Source: an uncultured Acidobacteriota bacterium (GTDB taxonomy: Bacteria; Acidobacteriota; Vicinamibacteria; Vicinamibacterales; UBA2999). From it: a DNA stretch of 64,000 nt. Within the stretch, counting starts at the first letter, position 1. Every line of letters begins with the position of its first letter. The notes beneath the pieces are model-generated. The model made no database searches, had not been told where the DNA came from, and worked only from the letters and a program-made list of their open reading frames with translations. Location of the stretch: assembly GCA_963818645.1 (NCBI GenBank), contig CAWFTF010000011.1, positions 85,597 through 149,596 of the forward strand, written 5' to 3'. Shown here piece by piece: positions 1 to 11,461 of the stretch. The position numbers were made by a program, and so were the translations under genes.

Positions 1-110
1 TGGAGGACGGCTCCACCGTCTACGCATCCGCGTATTTCTACAACGCGCCGCTTGGCCGCGCGGAGCGCATCGCCTCAGGGGACTATCTCGAGTACCTGAG
101 AGTTCGCTAG
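1..110 (+). CDS. 3' end of an unidentified ORF entering from upstream
   Basis: Frame 3 is open from the window edge to TAG at 108-110 (...GDYLEYLRVR*). Too short to classify. Confidence 0.3.
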   Translation, partial: EDGSTVYASAYFYNAPLGRAERIASGDYLEYLRVR

Positions 111-118
111 CGAGCGCC

Positions 119-457
119 TTACAGGCGTTCCGTGCGAACCGATTGAAGGAATTCCGCGATGGCGTTCGAGACGTGATCTGACGGCTCGACGAACTCGAGC
201 CCAGTCCAGTAGACCAGTTGATCGTCATCGACGTCGGCAATCTGCGAATGCACGACGCGACCCTTCACAACGACCGATCGCTCGCCGAGCTCGAGCCGCA
301 GATCATGCAGCGAGTTGAGGTGCAACGGAAAACGAGTTTCAACGAGGCCACCGCGAAGGCTGACCTCCTTGATGACCATCGGCTGGAACACCATGACCTC
401 GCCCTCGGCTCGGCTGATCATGGCGACTCGAGCGCCGTCACGCTTTTCGTCTGACAT
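119..457 (-). CDS. PilZ-domain protein (putative c-di-GMP binding)
   Basis: 112-aa ORF. It has an RxxxR-like KRDGAR near the N-terminus and a (D/N)xSxxG-like EVSLRGG, at PilZ spacing. It lies 17 nt downstream of the receiver-like gene. Confidence 0.55.
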   Translation of the reverse strand: MSDEKRDGARVAMISRAEGEVMVFQPMVIKEVSLRGGLVETRFPLHLNSLHDLRLELGERSVVVKGRVVHSQIADVDDDQLVYWTGLEFVEPSDHVSNAIAEFLQSVRTERL

Positions 458-474
458 TTGCAGCGGAAGACAAC

Positions 475-915
475 CTAGTTCATCCGAAGCGCCGCGCGGC
501 TCGGAAACAGGTTTTCCTCGTCGTCGGTGAGCTGCGACAGCACCGCGCCGAAGTCCTGTCCTTCGGTCTCGGTGGTGTAGGTCAGCACCGGGATGTCACA
601 CGTTTCCGGATCCAGTTTGAGCATTGTCAAGATCTGAAAACCATCGAGACGCTCGATCCGCGTGCACAGGATCACCAGGTTGGGGAGTACCTTCTTGATC
701 TGCGAGTACGCACGATCACCTGGTTCAACAAAAACCATGTCGTAGCGACCAGCGTCGAGCACCGATTCAAGCATGCCGAGTACTTCGGTATTGCCGTTGA
801 CGACGACAACCTTCTGAACTGGCGTGGTGCTGAATAGGTTCGGCTCAGTCATTGAGGTAACCCGCCCTTCTGGCTCCATCTGAATACAGGATCCGTGCCA
901 CGAGGGCTGGGTCAT
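475..915 (-). CDS. Degenerate CheY-like receiver domain protein (pseudo-receiver)
   Basis: The beta-alpha pattern aligns to CheY by eye (KVVVVNGN..., ...NLVILCTRIERLDGF..., ...PVLTYT). The acidic pair is NG and the phospho-acceptor position is Cys. Start is uncertain (ATG at 915, 879 or 852). Confidence 0.5.
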   Translation of the reverse strand: MTQPSWHGSCIQMEPEGRVTSMTEPNLFSTTPVQKVVVVNGNTEVLGMLESVLDAGRYDMVFVEPGDRAYSQIKKVLPNLVILCTRIERLDGFQILTMLKLDPETCDIPVLTYTTETEGQDFGAVLSQLTDDEENLFPSRAALRMN

Positions 916-1159
916 GTCGACCGCCAGTTCTTAACCAGTCTTATCGTCCGATCAGGTACATCCGACATACCTCAGGCGGCGGCGCACAACCGGGAAAACG
1001 GGTCATAACTTCATAGGCCAGAGCCGTTTAGTCAGTGGAAATGACAGCCGAGGTCAAGTCGCTGCAACCGCGAACTTCTACCGAGTTTTCGTGGTCGAGG
1101 CGGCTGCCAAAACTTGTCGATGTGACCAAATTACGGCAGTCTGTGGACGGAGGAGCGGC

Positions 1160-2639
<1,480 letters not shown>

Positions 2640-2702
2640 CTGGTGGTGGGTGGTTCGTGGTTAGTGGAGAAACCGAGGACTGAGGACTGACGACCGTGGA
2701 CC

Positions 2703-2735
2703 AAAAAAAAGGCCGGCACGAAGCCGGCCTTTTCC
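2703..2735. terminator. Bidirectional intrinsic terminator
   Basis: A8 tract, stem GGCCGGC / GCCGGCC with loop ACGAA, then a T-run. It lies between convergent genes. A second weaker hairpin is at 2741-2763. Confidence 0.7.
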
Positions 2736-2769
2736 TTTGCGAGGGCCGGTCGAAACCGGCCTCACATTG

Positions 2770-5700
2770 TTAGAACAGGAAGCGAACGGTGAAGCGACCG
2801 TCGAATCCGGGGTTCCAGATGTCGCCCATCTGATACCGGGGATCCTGATAGCCCGCACCCGGCGTTCCGGCTGGCTTTGCCGCATCAGCCGTCCGCGCGA
2901 GGAGCGCATCGTAGTCGTAGCCGTTCAGCAGGTTCTGGCTGGCCAACTGCAGCGCGGAGCTCGGCAGAGCACGCGACCGTTCGCGCCGATGCGGTTGACC
3001 GTGTCGAACACGTGACGGACCTGCTTCTGGTTGAAGATGTTCAGCCCGTTGAACTCGAGGCGCAGCTTCTTCGTGCCCGCACAGCCCGAACTCGTGCGAG
3101 ACGAGCAGGTCTGTCTGCGTACAGAGCGTCCGTTCTTCCGAGCGAGCCCGCGTCCCTCGACGAGAATCGGGTAGCGATAGATCGACTGCACCGACTTGCT
3201 GACCGGGGTGCCGCTGCCGGCGTAGAAGTTCAGGCCGACGTTCGTGCCGAACTTGAACAGGTACGAGCCGTAGACCTTGACGACGTGCGGACGATCGGTC
3301 GGGAGACGACCGTCGACACCCAGATTGCCGTGGGAGTCGAACATCATCTCATCGAGGTCCCACGCGCGGCTGGCGTTGGTTCCCGGTCGTGTTCTCTGTC
3401 CGAACGCTTCCTGCGCACCGACGCTGACGCGTCCCGGGTGCAGTGACTTCGTCGGTGTTCACGAGGCCAGGGTAGTTTCCATAGAGGCGGCTGACGACGT
3501 AGCTGCCACCAAGGAACCAGCTGTTGCTGAAGCGACGGTTCGCCGTGAACTCCAGGGCCGTGTAGTTGCGCTTCGTCTTGGGCATGTCGAACGGTGGCGT
3601 CGCGCCCGTGGTGATGGCCGTCGTGGCGAGTCCTTCACCGGGGTTGCCGTAGATGTAGGCTTCGCTGCCGTTCACAAGCGTGCCGATGTCCTCGATCGTT
3701 CGCAGCAGGTTCGTGCGGACGAAGTTGACACCGACGACGGTGTTGGTGCGGACCTGGTATTCGAACCCGAGGTTGTAGGCATCCTGCGCCATCGGCTTCA
3801 TGTTCGGGATCGACGACGTCGGCGCCGAAACTCGGGATGCGGCTGTCCTTGTACGAGTCGGGCTGGCTGTCCCAGAGGTTCCTGCCCGTCAGGTTCGCGC
3901 GGCTCAGCTTCGAGATATCCGGATCGTCGAGCGTGCGAAAGCGCTGTCGTCCAGATATCGCCACCGAACGTGCCGCGCGCCAGCTCGTACTTTGTCCAGT
4001 CGTAGTAGCGGCCGTACGATCCGGAGATCTTCACACGGTCGTCACCGAACAGGTTGTAGGCGAAGCCGAGGCGCGGAGCCAGCTTCTGGCCCCAGCCGAA
4101 GTGAATGCCGATTTCCTGGATGTCCGGACGGAACGACGGGATGTCTTCACTCTCGTGCGGAGCCCGAGGTTCAGCGTCAGGCGCGAGTCGATCGTCCAGT
4201 TGTCCTGCGACGAAGAGGCTCAGGATGTTGCGCACCGGTCTTGCCGATCGTGCCGATATCGTCGATCGTGTAGTAGCCGTATGCGCCCGTACCGGAGCCC
4301 ACACCAGGCACGTCGCTCGTGAACGTGGTGTTCCAGAAGACGCTGACATAGCCGTTGTTCGGATACGCCAGGTGTGACGTCGTTGTTGGCGTGGCGATAG
4401 CCGAAGCCGCCCTTGAACTGGTGCTGACCTGCGGCGTTGACCATCTGCGTCACCGAGAAGTCGACGAAGTTGCGAGTGGTGATGTCGTGATCCTTGATCT
4501 GGACTCGTGGGAGGTTGCTGTAGCCCGCCGGCTGCCGATACTGCTGCTGGGACGGTGGCGAGCAGGGCGGGCGACAGCGAGGCCGTTGCCGTCACGTACT
4601 CGAACGTCTGCGACTTGTTCGACGCCGGTGTCGAAGTAGTTGTCCTTCATGTACCCGCCGCGCACGGAGATGAGCGTCTTGTCCGTCGCCGTGTAGTCGC
4701 CCGTGTACGACATGTTCCACTGCGGAACCTCGTATCCGCGGTCTGCTGTGCCGCGAACCGGCCGTAGCGTCGGTCGTGGTCGTGTTCGCTAGTCGGCCCG
4801 TCGAAGGCGACGACGCGTGCCGTCGGCCTTATCAGGCGTCCACAGACCGGAGAGGTTCAACTGGAGACGGCTGATCGGCGAGTACGTCACCTTACCGAAC
4901 ACGCTCTGCGTCGTCCGGTCACGATTGACCGGTATCACCTCGCCGGTGCTCATCGTGTAGTTCCGTGTCAGGTTCTCGATGCGCGGTGAAACTGATCCGA
5001 AGAAGAAGACATGGTCTCGGACGATCGGACCACCGATGGTTCCACCGAACTCGTTGCGGTTGAAGTTCTGATCGTTGTCCTGAAGGGTCGCCGCCGAGTT
5101 CTGCGTGATCGGATCGATCTGCAGACGGTGGGTGAGACCGTTGTTCGAGCGCAGCCAGCTCGCGGAGTAGTGCTCGAAGAGCGATCCGCGGAAGGTGTTG
5201 CCGCCCGACTTGGTGACCGCGCTGATCACACCGCCGAGTGCACCACCGTATTCGGCCTCGAGACCGGACGTCTTGACCTGCACTTCCTGCAGGTACTCGA
5301 ACACGGCGTCCTGCCGCTGGTTGCCGTGGATCTGGCTGACGACCGACACGCCGTCCACGGTGAAGTTGTTCTCACCGGCTGACGCGCCGTTCACCTGGAA
5401 GCCGCCTTCGAGCTCGCCCGCGTTCACCGACGGAAGCGCAGTGGCCAGTGCCTGGAAGCTGCGGCCCTTCGGGATGACTTCGAACTCTTCAGCGGGGATG
5501 TTCTTCTGGTGAGTGGTCGAGGCCACGTCGATGAGCGGCGTGCCGGCGAGGACCTGCACGGTCTCGGTCACGCCTCCAACGCGCAGGCTCGAATCAACGG
5601 TGGCGGTTGTTCCGAGGAGGAGGATGACGCTCGGTGCCTCCTGCGTGATGAAACCCGAAAGCTCGAACTTGACGGCATAGCGTCCGGGATCCAGCGCCGT

Positions 5701-5907
5701 TGCGTAGAAGGTGCCGTTCGAATCGCTCACGACAACCGTCGAACGCTGGGTCTCGTTGTTCGTCACAGTGACTGTGACACCAGGCAACACTGCGCCGGTC
5801 TGGTCGGTGACCTTTCCGGTGATGTTGCCGAATCGTTCCTGCGCGGCTGCGAGGCTTGTAACGGCCAGCGCAAACGCGACAAGAAGAGCACTTATGCGTG
5901 CGTACAT
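2770..5907 (-). pseudogene. TonB-dependent receptor with N-terminal carboxypeptidase-regulatory-like domain, multiply frameshifted
   Basis: The first 372 codons are intact (4789..5907: signal peptide, CarbopepD_reg-like GKVTD...PGVTVTV, plug). Barrel-like sequence continues in alternating minus frames (fragments in ORFs 4450..4713, 4220..4453, 3798..4595, 3349..3801, 2925..3347). It ends with the canonical ...FTVRFLF* at 2770. Confidence 0.75.
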
Positions 5908-6280
5908 CAGTTCTCTCTCCTTAAAAAACTGTGGTCTCTTCAGTTAATGGGAACCGCTTACGAAAAACGTGTACCAGTTGCCACCCGAGGCAATTCGGTG
6001 ATTTTCTGTGATTTGTTGCTCAGGACGCCTGCGAACGGGGCGAATGGATCCATGAGGAGCAACATTACGAACCAAAATCATGGATCAGCCGACATTCGTA
6101 ATGCAAGGATAACGCTTGGTCACTTCTGAATGTCAATTGGGACCAACCCTAATCGGGTACGGGCGACCTACTTATCGGGATAAGGGGACGAAAACAGAAG
6201 AGGATAGGGGGAATGGGAGGGCGCCTGCCAAGGGTCAGGGCGATGCCCTCGGCCCGGCGTGGGGCTGCATTTCGTCCCAG

Positions 6281-8351
6281 CTATTTCGTCAATGTAAACG
6301 CGACCAGCGTGTCTGTGGCGACGACTGCGACGTACTGCTTGCCGTCTTTACCTTGATAGGTCATCGGATTCGCATTGACCTGACCATCGACTCGCGCGAC
6401 CCAGAGCTCCTTGCCGGTCTTCGAGTCGAACGCGCGGAATCGACGGTCCGTGGTTGCGCCGACGAAGACCAATCCTCCTGCGGTGGCGGTGGACCGGCGC
6501 TCCCGCTGTTGCCCGTGAGTTGTTTGCCTTCCGGCAGGGCTTCTGTCAAACCGCAGGGGCGTCTCCCACGCGATCTCTCCCGTGTTCGCATTGACCGCCA
6601 CGAGTCGGCCCCATGGTGGACGCTGGCAAGGCAGGTTCGCGAGCGTGCGGCCGCTCTCGTCCTTGAGCGGGGCGCTGAATGTGAAGTACGGACCAGCACC
6701 GTTCACGCTGCCGCGATCGTACCGAATCGTCGATCCCTCGGTGCCGCGCCCGTAGTTCTGACCGGGACGCTTCTCTTCGATCCATCCAACGAGCGAGGTG
6801 TCGTGCGCGTTGACGAAGACGTAACCGCTCGTCGGATCCACAGCGGCACCACCCCAGTTCACACCTCCAGTTCCGCCAGGGAACTGAATCGTGCTCTTCG
6901 GCGGCTCGCCTGGAGCGTGAAAGCCGAATGGAGTGAAGGCGCCCGCGTTCGCGAAGCCGCCGCTCTTGTCCCACAACGCCTGACACTCTGCGACGTGTTG
7001 CGCCGACGTGTCTTCAGGCCGAACCATGTCGCGCTCTTTATTGAACTCGACGCGCGAGAGTGGACGCGCCGGCTTGATCGGAAATGGTTGCGTCGGCGCG
7101 TACCACTCACCGGGCACGCCGCCCTTCGGCACCGGGCGTTCTTCAACACCGAAGATCGGCTTGCCCGTCACGCGATCGAGGATGAACATCCATCCGGTCT
7201 TGCCGACCGATACGAGCGCCGGAATGCGGCGGCCGCTCCCGACGATGTCGACGAGTGCGGGTGGATTCGGCATGTCCGAGTCCCACAGGTCGTGATGCAC
7301 GGTCTGGAAGTGCCAGAGGTATTTACCGGTCTCTGCGTTCACCGCAACGATCGAATTGGCGAAGAGGTTATTACCCGGGCGATCGCCGCCCCAGTAGTTG
7401 CCCGCGGGACCCGCGACCGGCATGTAGAGGATTCCGCGCTCTTCGTCGAGCGTCATGTACCACGCCCACACGTTGACACCCGATCGATTTCGCCAGCCGC
7501 GATCGAGCCACGTGTCGTGTCCGAGTTCGCCCGGCAGCGGCACCGTGTGGAAGTCCCACAGATGCTTGCCCGTCCTGATGTCGAACGCGCGCGTGTCACC
7601 GGGTTCGGCGAGCGCAACTTCACCGGTGGTCGCGCCGAGGATCGCGACGTTCCTGTAAATCGTCGGCACGCCATTCCACGGCACGCCGATCTCGACGATG
7701 CCGTTGCGTCCGAAGTCCGCAGCGGGAATACCTGTCGCAGCGTCGAGCGCAACGAGACGTGGACCAGCAGTCAGCAGAATGCGGGGAGCGAGCGTGCCGT
7801 CACCGGGCCAATACGCAACGCCGCGCGCGGTCGTCGCCATGCCGAGTGGCATGAGGTAGCGCCACATCTCTTTACCTGTGTGCGCCTCGATTGCGAGGAC
7901 CTGATTACCTCGAGCGGGCAGATACATGACGCCAGCGACGACGATCGGCGTCGCTTGCGGATTGCTGCCACTGGCGTCGAGTCCGTCATTGGCGCCGCCA
8001 CGTCCCTCGACGCTGCTCGGGACGCCCTGAGCGCCAGTCGAAGGGCGAGCCTGACCAGCGGCCGGATTTCCCGCGGCGCCGGCACCGCGTCCTGCAGGCG
8101 CGGCTTCGGCAGCGGGAGCAGGACCACCCCCGCGTCGGCCTGCGGGCTGCGTCAGTTGCACCGACCACGCAGGTGCGAGACTCGCGACGTTGCCGGTGTT
8201 GATCTCGTTGAGAGGGGAGTAGCGCGTGCCTGCCAGGTTGCGGCTGTAGAGCGGCCAGTCACCCGGCGGCGGGTCCGCGCTGAGTGGACTGTGCCGAGAC
8301 GACGAGCGTGATGGCGATGAGGACGAGAGGAACGGGAATGAATCGCTTCAT
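6281..8351 (-). pseudogene. PQQ-dependent dehydrogenase (8-bladed propeller, alcohol/glucose dehydrogenase family); signal peptide out of frame
   Basis: The mature part starts with the family-typical GDWPLYSRNLAGTRYSPLNEINTGNV and runs 626+ codons to 6281. The signal peptide MKRFIPVPLVLIAITLVVSAQS (ATG 8351) is in another frame. A 1-nt correction is needed near 8279. Confidence 0.75.
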
Positions 8352-8369
8352 GGCTGCGGAGTATACCTA

Positions 8370-8412
8370 CACGGCTTCGGGCTCTGGACTCTGGGCTCTG
8401 GGAAGAGCCGTG
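8370..8412. repeat. GGCTCTG-type heptamer run closed by an inverted repeat
   Basis: CACGGCTTC-GGGCTCTGGACTCTGGGCTCTGGG-AAGAGCCGTG. It lies in the divergent region between the gene starts at 8351 and 8427. Confidence 0.6.
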
Positions 8413-8426
8413 ATTGAATACGACTC

Positions 8427-9461
8427 GTGTCTCACCGCATCGCAGTGATCCCGGGCGATGGCATCGGGCCTGAGGTCATCGCTCAGGCTGTCAAGGTGCT
8501 GCAGGCACTTGGCGGTGTGGAGCTCCACCACCTGCCGTGGGGCGCCGATCACTACCTCGCGACAGGTGAGACCGTCCCGGCGGGTGGTTACGATCTACTG
8601 CGCTCCTTCGATGCGATTCTGATTGGCGCGCTCGGCGATCCGCGCGTGCCGGACAACAGGCACGCACGCGACATCCTGCTCGGCACTCGCTTCGAGCTCG
8701 ATCTCTACGTCAACTATCGTCCCGTGCGGTTGCTCGATGCGCGACTCTGTCCGCTGAAGGATCGCACGCCCGCTGACGTGGACTTCGTCGTGCTTCGCGA
8801 GAACACGGAAGGTCTCTACGTCGGTGTCGGCGGCCGCTTCAAGGCCGGCACCTCGGACGAGATCGCAGTTCAGGAAGAGATCAACACCTACAAAGGCGTC
8901 CATCGCATCGTCCGGCACGCGTTCGAGGTTGCACGAACGCGAACGCGTCGCGCAGTCTGCATGGCTGACAAGAGCAACGCGATGCAGGAAGGGCACGCGT
9001 TGTGGCAGCGGGTGTTTCGTGAGGTCAGCGCAGAGTATCCGGACGTGTCAGCCCGTCACCTTTACATCGATGCATTGGCGATGATGCTGGTCCAGGACCC
9101 ACGTCAGTTCGATGTCATCGTCACCAACAATCTGTTCGGCGACATCATCACGGACATCGGCGGCGCGTTGCAGGGTGGTCTGGGCATGGCCGCATCGGCG
9201 AACCTTCATCCCGGGAGGGCCTCGATGTTCGAGCCGGTGCACGGTTCGGCGCCGCCACTGGCCGGTCGTGATGAGGCCAACCCGATCGGCGCGATTCTGT
9301 CCGCCGCGTTGATGCTGGACACACTCGGCCGACGCGACGATGCGGAACGGATCAATCGGGCCGTCGAATCCGCCGTTCTTGACCGTGACGTGACGCGTGA
9401 TGTGGGCGGAAAACTCGGCACAAAAGCCGCTGGTGATGCGATACGCCGGCGACTCACCTGA
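8427..9461 (+). CDS. leuB: 3-isopropylmalate dehydrogenase (short actinobacterial-type LeuB; tartrate dehydrogenase not excluded)
   Basis: 344 aa. Motifs IAVIPGDGIGPEV, LRENTEGLY, NLFGDIITD and FEPVHGSAP are typical of the isocitrate/isopropylmalate dehydrogenase family. Confidence 0.8.
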   Translation: MSHRIAVIPGDGIGPEVIAQAVKVLQALGGVELHHLPWGADHYLATGETVPAGGYDLLRSFDAILIGALGDPRVPDNRHARDILLGTRFELDLYVNYRPVRLLDARLCPLKDRTPADVDFVVLRENTEGLYVGVGGRFKAGTSDEIAVQEEINTYKGVHRIVRHAFEVARTRTRRAVCMADKSNAMQEGHALWQRVFREVSAEYPDVSARHLYIDALAMMLVQDPRQFDVIVTNNLFGDIITDIGGALQGGLGMAASANLHPGRASMFEPVHGSAPPLAGRDEANPIGAILSAALMLDTLGRRDDAERINRAVESAVLDRDVTRDVGGKLGTKAAGDAIRRRLT

Positions 9462-9488
9462 GTGATACACTCGTCGGGCTCAACCAGC

Positions 9489-9520
9489 CAAGGGCTCTGC
9501 CCTTGTCCAATTTTCTTTCT
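9489..9520 (+). terminator. Candidate intrinsic terminator after leuB-like gene
   Basis: Stem CAAGGGC / GCCCTTG with loop TCT, followed by a T-rich tract TCCAATTTTCTTTCT. Confidence 0.45.
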
Positions 9521-9539
9521 GACGCAGGAGAGTATCGAC

Positions 9540-10043
9540 ATGGCAGCGGACTTCTTTCTGGGCGAGTCACTCGTCGGCGACGGCAACGAGGTCGCACACA
9601 TCGACTTGATCATTGGCTCGAAGACGGGACCGGCGGGCGCATCGTTCTGCAACGCGCTGGCGAATAACAAGGACGGGTTCACGACCCTGCTGGCAGTGGT
9701 GAGTCCGAACCTGCCATGCAAGCCGGATACGCTCCTGTTCAACAAGGTAACGATCAAGGGCGCGAAGCAGGCGGTGCAGATGTTCGGACCGGCCCAGGCG
9801 GCGGTCGCGCGCGCCGTCGTCGATTCGGTCGAGAGCGGCGTCATCCCGCAGGACAAGGCCAACGACCTGTGCATCCTCGTCGGCGTGTTCATTCACTGGG
9901 AAGCGGCCGACGACAAGAAGATCTACGACTACAACTACCAGGCGACGAAGGAATCGATCGCGCGCGCGCTCGGCGGCAAGCCGACGGTGAGCGAGGTCCT
10001 CGCGGGCGCGAAGACCGCCAAGCACCCGTTCAGCCCCAAGTAA
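9540..10043 (+). CDS. fae: Formaldehyde-activating enzyme, copy 1
   Basis: 167 aa. ...[19 protein letters not shown]..., ...[13 protein letters not shown]..., ...[12 protein letters not shown]... match Fae of methylotrophs. RBS AGGAGAG precedes ATG 9540. Confidence 0.9.
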   Translation: MAADFFLGESLVGDGNEVAHIDLIIGSKTGPAGASFCNALANNKDGFTTLLAVVSPNLPCKPDTLLFNKVTIKGAKQAVQMFGPAQAAVARAVVDSVESGVIPQDKANDLCILVGVFIHWEAADDKKIYDYNYQATKESIARALGGKPTVSEVLAGAKTAKHPFSPK

Positions 10044-10049
10044 CTCTTT

Positions 10050-10154
10050 CAACTCCCAAGCAACTTCCAACTCCCAACTCCCAACGAAGAACACGAAGTT
10101 CAAGTTGGGCCTTGGGAGTTGAGTTGGAACTTGGGAATTGGAAGTTGGGAGTTG
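10050..10154. repeat. AACTCCC / GGGAGTT heptamer-repeat hairpin
   Basis: A left arm of AACTCCC/AACTTCC units (10050-10085) faces a right arm of GGGAGTT/GGAAGTT units (10104-10154). It lies between convergent fae1 and marR. Confidence 0.75.
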
Positions 10155-10162
10155 ACGAGGCG

Positions 10163-10816
10163 CTACTTGGATGAAGAGCGCCGCGTGCGATTACCGGTAG
10201 GCGATCCGTCCAGTTCCTCGGCGATCGCGGTCAGTGTTCGCCGCGTCACGTTCAGCTCAGAGTCGGTCCACGTCGACATCAATCGCTTGATCGCCGATTC
10301 CACGGTTCCGACCGAAGGGACGGTGAGACGCTTTCCTCGCGCCGTGATCTCGAGCTGCACGCGTCGCGCATCGCTCGGATCGGTGAGCCGGCGGAGGAGT
10401 CGGCGTGCCTCGAGCCGCTGCAGAATCCCGGTCAACGTGCTCGGATGGACGTGAAGGGTGCGAGCGAGATCGCCCGCGGAGAGGCCCGGGAACGTTCCGA
10501 CAATACGCAGCACCAACCGTTGGGGGCCAGTGACGCCAAACTTGGCCTGCATGCCGCGCGATGCTCGATCCAGGCCGTGGTTGATGGCCCACATGAGCCG
10601 CATGAAATCGAGCACGGGCCCTAGCGGACGGTCGCCGGGAGTTTCTGGATTGGACTTGGAGGGTCGTGCCTGAGACGGGCTGGCCAAGGCATTACTGTAA
10701 CACCGGAGATACGGGGAGACGGTGGTATAGTCGTCGGGCTTCCGGCGCGTCAGGGGTCCATGCGCGCATGGATTGAGACGACCAGCGACGCTGAGCACCA
10801 GCGAGCGAAGGCGCAT
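10163..10816 (-). CDS. MarR-family transcriptional regulator
   Basis: ...[14 protein letters not shown]...[13 protein letters not shown]...[32 protein letters not shown]...D.R is a winged-HTH MarR pattern. The maximal ORF is given; the true start may be internal (TTG 10687, GTG 10615, ATG 10603). Confidence 0.75.
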   Translation of the reverse strand: MRLRSLVLSVAGRLNPCAHGPLTRRKPDDYTTVSPYLRCYSNALASPSQARPSKSNPETPGDRPLGPVLDFMRLMWAINHGLDRASRGMQAKFGVTGPQRLVLRIVGTFPGLSAGDLARTLHVHPSTLTGILQRLEARRLLRRLTDPSDARRVQLEITARGKRLTVPSVGTVESAIKRLMSTWTDSELNVTRRTLTAIAEELDGSPTGNRTRRSSSK

Positions 10817-10863
10817 ACCAAGAAACTAGTAGACCCCTCACTTCCAGACAGGAGTGTGTCGAC

Positions 10864-11367
10864 ATGGCAGCGGACTTTTTTCTGGGCGAGTCGCTCGTGG
10901 GCGATGGCAATGAGGTCGCGCACATCGACTTGATCATTGGCTCGAAGACAGGACCGGCGGGCGCATCGTTCTGCAACGCGCTGGCAAATAACAAGGACGG
11001 CTTCACGACACTGTTGGCGGTGGTCTCGCCAAACCTGCCGTGCAAGCCGGATACGCTCCTGTTCAACAAGGTGACGATCAAGGGCGCCAAGCAGGCAGTG
11101 CAGATGTTCGGACCGGCTCAGGCGGCGGTCGCGCGCGCTGTGGTCGACTCAGTCGAGAGCGGCGTCATCTCCAAGGACAAGGCCGACGACCTGTGCATCC
11201 TCGTCGGCGTGTTCATCCACTGGGAAGCGGCCGACGACAAGAAGATCTACGACTACAACTATCAGGCGACGAAGGAATCGATCGCGCGCGCGCTCGGCGG
11301 CAAGCCGACGGTGAGCGAGGTCCTCGCGGGCGCGAAGACGGCGAAGCACCCCTTCAGTCCGAAGTAA
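10864..11367 (+). CDS. fae: Formaldehyde-activating enzyme, copy 2
   Basis: 167 aa, with 3 aa differences from copy 1. RBS AGGAG precedes ATG 10864. Confidence 0.9.
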   Translation: MAADFFLGESLVGDGNEVAHIDLIIGSKTGPAGASFCNALANNKDGFTTLLAVVSPNLPCKPDTLLFNKVTIKGAKQAVQMFGPAQAAVARAVVDSVESGVISKDKADDLCILVGVFIHWEAADDKKIYDYNYQATKESIARALGGKPTVSEVLAGAKTAKHPFSPK

Positions 11368-11371
11368 CCTT

Positions 11372-11449
11372 CAATTCCCAACTTCCAACTTCCAACTCCC
11401 AACAAGAACCCCGAACGTTTGGGAGTTGGGAGTTGGGCTTTGGGAGTTG
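11372..11449. repeat. AACTTCC / GGGAGTT heptamer-repeat hairpin
   Basis: The left arm (11372-11403) is complementary to the right arm (11419-11449, TTGGGAGTTGGGAGTTGGGCTTTGGGAGTTG). It lies between fae2 and mtd. Confidence 0.75.
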
Positions 11450-11461
11450 TTGAAGACTCCC

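Noticed and set aside
6116-8311. 731-aa plus-strand ORF
   Set aside because: It is antisense to the PQQ dehydrogenase. It is Arg/Ala/Gly-rich with no motifs, a typical shadow ORF of a GC-rich gene.
9206-9892. 228-aa minus-strand ORF (and its twin 10692..11090)
   Set aside because: They are antisense to leuB/fae1 and to fae2. Their duplication merely mirrors the fae duplication.
9540-11367. The fae duplication as an assembly artefact
   Set aside because: The copies differ at about 30 silent positions and are separated by a unique MarR gene.
10119-11453. ORFs translating the repeats into SWELGVGSWELG-like peptides (for example 10119..10454 and 11040..11453)
   Set aside because: The low-complexity translation is produced by the heptamer repeats. 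These are N- or C-terminal read-throughs, not genes.
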